Assembly: GCA_016125275.1 (NCBI GenBank)
Contig: WGMB01000003.1
Coordinates: 1,155,896-1,219,895, forward strand
DNA length: 64,000 nt
Source of the DNA: Acidobacteriota bacterium
GTDB lineage: Bacteria > Acidobacteriota > Terriglobia > Bryobacterales > UBA6623
Direction of reading: 5' to 3'
In this document: one piece after another, positions 57,596 to 64,000 of the stretch
Layout: the number at the start of each line of letters is the position of its first letter
How positions within the stretch are numbered: the stretch's first letter is position 1
Translations under genes and position numbers: made by a program
The notes under the pieces: generated by a model
Seen by the model: only the letters and a program-made list of their open reading frames with translations
Told to the model about the DNA's origin: nothing
The model's database searches: none

Positions 57596-58810
57596 ATGAA
57601 ACCAACCGCAGTGACCGCGGCTTTCGCTACGGCGGCGCCGCCGGCGCAGTCCGGCAAGGGCTATAACCTCGAAGAGATCGAGCAGAAGTTGGCCAAGGGC
57701 GCAGGCATCAGCGGCGTGCACAAAGCCGACCTGCCCACTCCTTCGCTGCTGCTCGACCTCGACAGCCTCGAGTTCAACATCAATCGGGCGGCCGACCACG
57801 CCAAGAAATACGGGATCGACCTGCGACCGCACGCAAAGACTCACAAGACGCCGGAGATCGCCAAACTGCAGATCGCCGCCGGCGCCGTGGGGGTTTCCTG
57901 CGCCACGATCCGAGAAGCCGAAGTGTTGACAGATGCCGGCGTCGGGGGCCTGCTCATCACCAGCGAGCTCGTCGGCCCCAACAAGATCGCCCGCCTGCTG
58001 CGGCTGGCCCGCCGAGCCCCGGACGTGATGGCCGTGGTCGACAACCCGATCCACGCCGAGCAGCTCAGCGAAGCCGCCACCGCCGCCAACGTCAAGCTGA
58101 ACATCCTGATCGACATCGACCCCACCGGCCGCCGGAGCGGCATCGCTCCCGGCCCGGCGGCGGTCGAGCTGGGCAAGAAGGTCGACAGCCTGCCCGGGCT
58201 GGAGCTATGGGGCGTACACGGCTACTCCGGCGCTTCGTCGCACGTCGTGGGCTTCGAGGCGCGCAAGGAGCACTCGACCCAGTACATGACGCCCGTCATC
58301 GACTCGTTCCAGCAGATGGCAAAGGCCGGCGCCCCGGCGCGCATCATGTCCGGCGGCAGCACCGGCACCTACAACATCGATTGCCACCTCGACGGCATGA
58401 ACGAGTTGCAGATGGGCTCCTACATCGTGATGGACGTGGACTATCGCCGCATCGGCGGCGCGTCGGGCGAGGTCTACACGGACTTCAAGCCGGCGCTAAC
58501 CGTGTTGGCGACCGTCGTGAACAAGAATTACGACGACATCGCCACGGTCGATTCCGGCATCAAGTCGTTCGCCACCGATCGCACCTGCGGCCCCGAGCCT
58601 CTGCTGGACGGCGTAACGTACTCGATCAACGGCGACGAGCACGGCCGGCTGCACCTGGAGAACGCCAAGGTCGCCGTCAACTTCGGCGACAAGGTCGAGC
58701 TGATCGTGCCGCACTGCGACCCGAACGTCAATCTCTACGAACGGATCTACGTGTGCCGCGGCGACAACGTCGTGGAAGTGTGGAAGGTCGGCGCCCGCGG
58801 CAACATCTAG
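57596..58810 (+). CDS. PLP-dependent D-serine deaminase-like enzyme (DSD1 / alanine racemase N-terminal domain family)
   Basis: PHAKTHK PLP-lysine motif. The C-terminal domain matches the D-serine dehydratase / D-threonine aldolase-like family. Confidence 0.7.
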   Translation: MKPTAVTAAFATAAPPAQSGKGYNLEEIEQKLAKGAGISGVHKADLPTPSLLLDLDSLEFNINRAADHAKKYGIDLRPHAKTHKTPEIAKLQIAAGAVGVSCATIREAEVLTDAGVGGLLITSELVGPNKIARLLRLARRAPDVMAVVDNPIHAEQLSEAATAANVKLNILIDIDPTGRRSGIAPGPAAVELGKKVDSLPGLELWGVHGYSGASSHVVGFEARKEHSTQYMTPVIDSFQQMAKAGAPARIMSGGSTGTYNIDCHLDGMNELQMGSYIVMDVDYRRIGGASGEVYTDFKPALTVLATVVNKNYDDIATVDSGIKSFATDRTCGPEPLLDGVTYSINGDEHGRLHLENAKVAVNFGDKVELIVPHCDPNVNLYERIYVCRGDNVVEVWKVGARGNI

Positions 58811-58865
58811 CGCCTCTGGAGCGGGCCGGACAGCAATGTCCGGCCCCGCCTACAGTTCGGTCGGG

Positions 58866-59699
58866 CTAGATCGTGACGCCGAAGAAGCCCTTCAGCGCAT
58901 AGGCCGAGACCATCGAGATCACCAGGAACCAGACCAGCCAGTGCAGCGACAGCGAGCCGAGGGCGATCTCCTTGCCCGGGTAGCGCACCTCGATCCAGTC
59001 CAAGTTCTTGACGCTCAACGGGTCTTCGCCCGGAGACTCGATCGAGCCCCACAGCGACGACTCCCGCCGTGGCGAGACGTAGCGCAGCGATTCGCCCGCG
59101 TCGAGGCTCCCCGCGTCGAGACTCTTGGTAAAGTCCGACCCCATCCACTTGAAGCCGAGCTCGCCGTGGCCGGGCTTGTCGGCCCGGAGCCGCCAACTGT
59201 ACTGCCCGTCTTCGAGGGCGCGCACCGCGGGCGTCTCCGCCACGAATCCGTCGGGAGTGGAAAGCTCCGGGATCGGCGTGTTCGGCGTGAGCCGGCCGGC
59301 CGCCTGCATCGTCAGCACCACTCTCTCGCCCGGCTCCAGCGAGCGGATGCCGTAGATGGCGTCCAGGTGGAACAGCAGCACCACCATCGGAATGGTCAGG
59401 TACAGCGCCGGCACGAGCATCAGCCCCATGTAGCGCAGGTTGCTCAGGATCAGGTCGCGCTGGGCCTTGAACAGCAGCGCCGGATCGTCGCCGTAGAGCC
59501 GCAGCTCCAGCAGATAAGCCTGCATCTTCTTCTTCGCACGCTCGATCGCCTTCTGGTTCGACGTGGCGCCGAAAACCCACAGCATCCCGATGCCGATCAA
59601 GACCGACAGGATGCTCAAGCTCCACAGAGGGTGAGCGTCTCCGAACAGAGACACGAAGGTCTCCAGCGGGACGCGGATGGCGGCGTTGAAGAAGCTCAC
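58866..59699 (-). CDS. hypothetical integral membrane protein (4 TM)
   Basis: GTG start 6 nt after the stop of the RHH gene. Hydrophobic helices. No recognisable family. Confidence 0.45.
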   Translation of the reverse strand: MSFFNAAIRVPLETFVSLFGDAHPLWSLSILSVLIGIGMLWVFGATSNQKAIERAKKKMQAYLLELRLYGDDPALLFKAQRDLILSNLRYMGLMLVPALYLTIPMVVLLFHLDAIYGIRSLEPGERVVLTMQAAGRLTPNTPIPELSTPDGFVAETPAVRALEDGQYSWRLRADKPGHGELGFKWMGSDFTKSLDAGSLDAGESLRYVSPRRESSLWGSIESPGEDPLSVKNLDWIEVRYPGKEIALGSLSLHWLVWFLVISMVSAYALKGFFGVTI

Positions 59700-59705
59700 G
59701 GGAGG

Positions 59706-59903
59706 CTACTCGATGTAACCCAAACCTTGCAGTTTCTTGACGATGTCCTCGTCGGACTCGCCTTCTTCGATCTTGGCGAGCTCCCGCTCGAGCACGTGGA
59801 TCACGAACTCTTGAGGAGAGGAATACCCGCCCGCGTCCGCGCAACGCTTGATGCGGTCGAAGAGGTCTTTGTCCAGCTTCACGCTGGTGGACGAGCCTAG
59901 CAC
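59706..59903 (-). CDS. ribbon-helix-helix (CopG/Arc/MetJ-like) DNA-binding protein with acidic C-terminal tail
   Basis: 65 aa. VKLDKDLFDRIKRCA… (beta-strand then helix A) and …SSPQEFVIHVLERELAKIE (helix B). Tail EEGESDEDIVKKLQGLGYIE. Confidence 0.55.
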   Translation of the reverse strand: MLGSSTSVKLDKDLFDRIKRCADAGGYSSPQEFVIHVLERELAKIEEGESDEDIVKKLQGLGYIE

Positions 59904-59961
59904 TGTATTGATGTCCTCACTTCTCAGGCTCGGCTCGCTCGGTTGAAACGAACCGCGCTCT

Positions 59962-61257
59962 CTATTGTATAGGCTCCGTCGCCGGGGGGATCTCGACGCT
60001 TTCCATGTCCGGCGAGAGCAGCAGCCGGGGCGGCGGCGTCTCCTGGCGCCCCCTGGGCGTGTCGAGCGTCACGCGGCGCAGGCGCCAGCTAAGCTCTTGC
60101 AGCCCCCCGTGGAGGCGCGCCCGGGTTCGCACCGTCGTGTCGGCCTCGATCCGAAAGGCCAGCGGGCCGACGGCCTCCGCGCCGCTGTCGGGGACGGCGA
60201 TCCGGCGCTGGAAAGGCCCCGGCTCGGGCGCCTCCCGCCACAGCTCGCGGCCGTCGAGCAGCAGCCGCAGCTCCCCGCCCCCCGGCGGCTGCTCGCCGTC
60301 GATCTCGATGAAACCGCCGCCCAGCCGCGGCAGCAGCAGGTCGACCCGGCGCGTCGCCCAGCCGTCGTGGAGCCAACCGCAGCACTCCTCCATGCGCGGA
60401 AAGATGCGGCGCGCGGCCCAGTCGTGGGCGTTGACGACGATGCGCCGGCCTAGCCCGCGCAACGGCCCCGGCAGCCGTTCGGCGCAGACGCCTTCGAGCA
60501 AGCTGTTCCAGGCGTCGAGCCAAGCGCCCCAGTAGGCCGCCGTGCGCGCGCCGCCGGCGTGGCGCGCCAGCATCGCGCGGATCTCACGCACCCTGCGCAA
60601 CCCGCCGGTGGAGGTCTTGGTCTCGCCGTGCAGGCGGATCGCGCCCATCTCACGGTCGAGCAGCTGCGCCGGGAAGCGTTCGCCCAGCCGGATGAACAGG
60701 TCCCAGTCGAGCGTCCAGTGCAGGTTCTTGTCCAGGCCGCCCACGGCCTCGAAGGCGCTGCGGCGGAAGAAGGCCGTCTGCTGCAAGATCGTGTCACCGA
60801 AGTGGATCAGCCGGCGCAGGTTGAACGGCTCGGCCAGCGCGAACGGTTCGAGCAGCCGGCCCTCCTCGTCGATCGTGTAGCCCTGACCGTAGACCAGCCC
60901 CAAGTGGGGGTCGGCGCGAAAGGCCTCCACGGCGGCGTCGACCGCGCCGGGCAGCAGGATGTCGTCGGCGTTGATCCAGGCCAGGATCTCGCCCCGCGCC
61001 ATACGGAAACCCTTGTTGAGCGCGTCCGCCTGGCCCTGGTCGGGCTCGGAGAGCCAACGGATGCGGCCGTCCCAGCGGCGCAGGATCTCCACCGAGCCGT
61101 CGCGCGAGCCGCCGTCAATCACGATATGCTCGATATCGGCGCGCCCTTGGCAGGCCACGCTCTCGATCGCGGCGGGCAAGAAACGGGCCTGCTCGAACGA
61201 CGGCGTCACGATGGTGACCAGCGGCTGGGGCGTCGCTGCGGGTTCCGGGCCGGCCAT
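59962..61257 (-). CDS. family 2 glycosyltransferase with C-terminal extension
   Basis: LVTIVTPSFEQARFLPAAIESV…IVIDGGSRDGS…WINADD are GT2 motifs. Confidence 0.8.
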   Translation of the reverse strand: MAGPEPAATPQPLVTIVTPSFEQARFLPAAIESVACQGRADIEHIVIDGGSRDGSVEILRRWDGRIRWLSEPDQGQADALNKGFRMARGEILAWINADDILLPGAVDAAVEAFRADPHLGLVYGQGYTIDEEGRLLEPFALAEPFNLRRLIHFGDTILQQTAFFRRSAFEAVGGLDKNLHWTLDWDLFIRLGERFPAQLLDREMGAIRLHGETKTSTGGLRRVREIRAMLARHAGGARTAAYWGAWLDAWNSLLEGVCAERLPGPLRGLGRRIVVNAHDWAARRIFPRMEECCGWLHDGWATRRVDLLLPRLGGGFIEIDGEQPPGGGELRLLLDGRELWREAPEPGPFQRRIAVPDSGAEAVGPLAFRIEADTTVRTRARLHGGLQELSWRLRRVTLDTPRGRQETPPPRLLLSPDMESVEIPPATEPIQ

Positions 61258-61311
61258 CTGGCCCAGTGTAGCCGCCGGGCCGGGAAAGCCGTAGGGCTAC
61301 GCGCGGGCGTT

Positions 61312-63054
61312 TTGCGGATCGCAGTCAACCTCCAGGACTTCCGCGCCGGCCGCATCGGCGGGCTCGAGACCGTCGTCCGCCGCACTCTGGGCGAGCTCGA
61401 CGCGTGCCCGCTGGCGCCGGGCCAGCGGTTGGATCTGTTCTGCCCGGCCGCCGAAGCCACGGCCGTTCAGGCGATGGCCCCCGGCGCGACCGTGCGGGCC
61501 TCCGACAGCCCCCACGCCGTGGCCGAGGCCCTGGAGCGGGAACGTTACGACCTGCTCTACTGCCCGCTGCTGACCCTCGACCCGGTGGCGCCCGGGATCG
61601 CCTCGGCGGTCTGGATTCCCGACCTCGTCCACGAATACTTCCCCCAACTGTTCGACGCCGAGACGCTGGCCTGGCGGCGGCGTCTCTACCGCGCCTCCGC
61701 GCTCGACGCCGACGTGGTCTTCACCGGCTCGCTGCACGCCAAGCGGACGCTGGTCGAGCGGCTGGGAGTAGCGGCCGACAAGGTCCGCGTGGTGTTGCAC
61801 GGCATCGACGAGGAGCTGCCGCGGGTCGAAGCCCCGGCCCCGGCGGGCCTGCCGGCCGACTACCTCTACTACCCCGCCAACTTCTGGCCGCACAAGAACC
61901 ACCGCACGCTGCTGGAGGCCCTGGCGGCGCTGCGGCGGCGCGGCCGGACGATTTCCCTTGTGCTGACCGGGTCGCCCGAAAGCGGGCAAGCCGCCGTGGC
62001 GGAGGCCGCCCGCGCGCTCGGCGTCCACGAGCAGGTCCACTTCCTGGGGCTGCGCCGGCGGGTGGAAGTCGCCGCGCTGTACAGGGGCGCGAAGGCGCTG
62101 GTCTTCCCGTCGCTGTTCGAGGGGTTTGGGCTGCCGCTGCTGGAGGCCATGAGCCTGGGGACTCCGGTGATCGCATCGACGGCCGGCAGCGTCCCGGAAG
62201 TCGCCGGAGACGCCGCTCTCTCAGCGGACCCGCTCGACCCGGAGGCTCTGGCCGCCGCGATCGAGCGCATCCTCGACGACTCGCCGTTGCGCCGAGAGTT
62301 GATCGAGCGCGGGCTGCAACGGGCGGCCGCGTTTCGCTGGTCCGCCTCGCTGCCCGGGTTCCGCCAAGCCCTGCTGGACGCGGTGCGCGCTCCCCGCCCC
62401 CGTCCGCCCGCGCCGCGCGTGGCCGTACTCGAGATCCCCGCCGAAGGCCCTCCGGCGACAGCCTTCTGGCGAGAGAACCCGGCCGACGCCTACTGCTTTC
62501 TGCGTCCCGGCGAAGCGCTGCTGCCGGGCGCCCTCGAGCAGGCCGCCGCGGCGCTGGCGGCGGCGCCGGGCGTGGCTGGAGTCTACGGTGGAGTCCAAAC
62601 CCCCAGCGGGCCGCTCCAGCCGGACCGTTTCCGCTTCGAGGACGTCGTCGCCCGCGGCAACATCCACCGCCCGGCGACGTTCTTGCGCCGCGAGGCGATC
62701 GAGGCGGCCGGCGGCTGGGACGCTTCCGCCGGGCCGGCCTGGTTCTTCGACCTGCTGCTGAGGATCGGCCGGGAGCAGCCTCTGGCGCGGTTCGACGCCA
62801 CCTGGGCGACGACCGCCTCGCGCGGAGCCCGGCGGACGGCGTTCCTGGCCGCCGCCGCCCGCCGCGCCGCGGCTGCGAGGGCGTTGCCGGTCTCGTGGGT
62901 CTTCGCTCTGGCGCGCGAGCGAGGCGGGCCGCTGGCGTGGCCGCTGGCGCTGCCGCTGGGCTTGGCTCTGCTGCCCGGCCGCCGCCGCGACTTCTTCCGC
63001 GCCTGGCGGTTGGCGCTCACCCAACCGCCGCCGCCGAGCGAGGCCCAAGAGTAG
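61312..63054 (+). CDS. family 4 (GT-B) glycosyltransferase with C-terminal GT2-like extension
   Basis: Start set at in-frame TTG 61312, giving MRIAVNLQDFRAGRIGGLETV…, the canonical GT4 N-terminus. FPSLFEGFGLPLLEAM (EX7E) motif. C-terminal …FLRREAIEAAGGWD… is GT2-like. The 5' part of the 831-aa track ORF overlaps the GT2 gene on the other strand and is rejected. Confidence 0.7.
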   Translation: MRIAVNLQDFRAGRIGGLETVVRRTLGELDACPLAPGQRLDLFCPAAEATAVQAMAPGATVRASDSPHAVAEALERERYDLLYCPLLTLDPVAPGIASAVWIPDLVHEYFPQLFDAETLAWRRRLYRASALDADVVFTGSLHAKRTLVERLGVAADKVRVVLHGIDEELPRVEAPAPAGLPADYLYYPANFWPHKNHRTLLEALAALRRRGRTISLVLTGSPESGQAAVAEAARALGVHEQVHFLGLRRRVEVAALYRGAKALVFPSLFEGFGLPLLEAMSLGTPVIASTAGSVPEVAGDAALSADPLDPEALAAAIERILDDSPLRRELIERGLQRAAAFRWSASLPGFRQALLDAVRAPRPRPPAPRVAVLEIPAEGPPATAFWRENPADAYCFLRPGEALLPGALEQAAAALAAAPGVAGVYGGVQTPSGPLQPDRFRFEDVVARGNIHRPATFLRREAIEAAGGWDASAGPAWFFDLLLRIGREQPLARFDATWATTASRGARRTAFLAAAARRAAAARALPVSWVFALARERGGPLAWPLALPLGLALLPGRRRDFFRAWRLALTQPPPPSEAQE

Positions 63055-63109
63055 CGGCGGCGCCTGTTACGATAGAGCGGCTCAGCTCGACTGACCGCTC
63101 GAAAACACT

Positions 63110-64000
63110 ATGTCCGCCACGCAGCCCCATCGTTTGGCTTGGCTGGTTCCCATCGGCACGGTCTTCGTGTCGAGCCTCTGCATCATGGTGGTCGAGCTGG
63201 TGGCCGGCCGGCTGATCGCGCGCTACGTCGGCAGCTCGCTCTACACCTGGACGTCGGTCATCGGCATCGTGCTGGCCGGCATCGCCGCCGGCAACTTCGT
63301 GGGCGGCCTCATCGCCGACCGCTACAAGGCCAAGGAGGCGCTGGCGTCGCTGTTTCTGATCGCCTCGGCCGCCTCGCTGATCGCGCCCATGTTGAACGAC
63401 CGGGTCGGCGCCTGGGGACTGATGCGCGAGCAGGACTGGGCGCTGCGGATCGCCCTCCACGTGCTGCTGGTCTTCTTCCCGTCGGCCGCCGTGCTGGGCA
63501 TGATCAGCCCCGTCGCCGCCAAGCTGGCGCTGGAGATCGGCACGCACACCGGCCGCACCATCGGCAGCGTCTACTCCTGGGGCGCGATGGGCTCGATCGT
63601 CGGCACCTTCCTCACCGGCTACTTCCTGATCGCGCAGATGGGCACGGTGGCGGTGCTGCTCAGCGTCTCCGGCGTGCTGCTGGCGATGGCCTTCTACTTC
63701 GGCTCGCAGGCGCTGCTGCCCTACGTCTGGGCCGGCGTGCTGGGCGCTTCGTTCCTGGCCGCCTTCGCCCCCTGGGCTTGGGCGGAGACCGCCGGCATGC
63801 GCCTGGGCCTGCGCGACTTCAACGACGAGTTCGTCTACTTCAGCACCGAGTCCAACTACGCCGCCATTCGCGTGGAGGAGGCCCTGGAGCTGCCCGGCGT
63901 CCGGTCGATGACCATCGACTACCTCATCCACGCCTACATCAAGTGGGACAACCCGGACGACCTGCAGTACGACTACGAGCGCATCTACGCCGGCATCACC
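63110..64000 (+). CDS. membrane-embedded spermidine-synthase-like / fused MFS-polyamine aminopropyltransferase family protein (N-terminal part; 3' truncated by window)
   Basis: ATG 63110. Strong GC3 bias. Translation MSATQPHRLAWLVPIGTVFVSSLCIMVVELVAGRLIARYVGSSLYTWTSVIGIVLAGIAAGNFVGG… has multiple TM helices typical of the N-terminal domain of membrane spermidine-synthase homologs. Not in the ORF track because there is no stop within the window. Confidence 0.6.
   Translation, partial: MSATQPHRLAWLVPIGTVFVSSLCIMVVELVAGRLIARYVGSSLYTWTSVIGIVLAGIAAGNFVGGLIADRYKAKEALASLFLIASAASLIAPMLNDRVGAWGLMREQDWALRIALHVLLVFFPSAAVLGMISPVAAKLALEIGTHTGRTIGSVYSWGAMGSIVGTFLTGYFLIAQMGTVAVLLSVSGVLLAMAFYFGSQALLPYVWAGVLGASFLAAFAPWAWAETAGMRLGLRDFNDEFVYFSTESNYAAIRVEEALELPGVRSMTIDYLIHAYIKWDNPDDLQYDYERIYAGIT

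Noticed and set aside
60559-61311. 5' 250 codons of the 831-aa plus-strand ORF
   Set aside because: Antisense overlap with the GT2 gene. The canonical GT4 N-terminus (MRIAVNL…GG.E) begins at TTG 61312.
63017-63931. 304-aa minus-strand ORF
   Set aside because: Antisense to a much better plus-strand reading frame (63110 to the window end) encoding a polytopic membrane protein with strong GC3 bias.
1-64000. CRISPR arrays, prophage or defence islands
   Set aside because: No short regularly spaced repeats, no cas, phage structural, or restriction/helicase/nuclease genes were seen on either strand.

Overview
This is a 64 kb chromosomal segment from a very GC-rich bacterium (roughly 65-70% GC by eye). 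The organism is most likely an Acidobacterium of the Solibacter/Bryobacter type. Supporting this: a secreted protein with the Solibacter-type C-terminal Ig-like domain, two giant PVC-type heme-binding/HEAT/cytochrome-c proteins, a CarboxypepD-regulatory TonB-dependent receptor-like protein, and many Tat/Sec-secreted hydrolases. Content is almost entirely metabolic and envelope-related. No phage, transposase, integrase, CRISPR or recognisable defence genes are present.
Main themes:
(i) alpha-glucan and sucrose metabolism genes, scattered: glgX-malQ operon, glgB, glgC, an amylosucrase, and a GH100 neutral-invertase-like enzyme;
(ii) two tandem ~80% identical amidohydrolase paralogs, each with its own TACAAT box and terminator;
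(iii) two paralogous ~1,020 aa PVC-type proteins (dehydrogenase-like beta-propeller, HEAT repeats, C-terminal CxxCH), one near a PQQ dehydrogenase and one behind an RR-HK-RR module;
(iv) an unusual three-domain acyl-AMP ligase / carrier-protein-like / lysophospholipid-acyltransferase fusion;
(v) an SPFH gene whose 3' end is duplicated about 2 kb downstream, bracketing an outer-membrane beta-barrel gene and a GNAT acetyltransferase;
(vi) two tRNAs, tRNA-Met(CAT) and a tRNA-Thr(CGT) with an imperfect acceptor stem.
Several genes carry a TACAAT box 6-9 nt upstream of the start codon with no Shine-Dalgarno, which suggests leaderless transcripts. Many long ORFs on the opposite strand of real genes are GC-content artefacts and were rejected. 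The ORF track uses ATG, GTG and TTG starts, so several starts were re-placed using signal peptides, Shine-Dalgarno motifs and paralog alignment.
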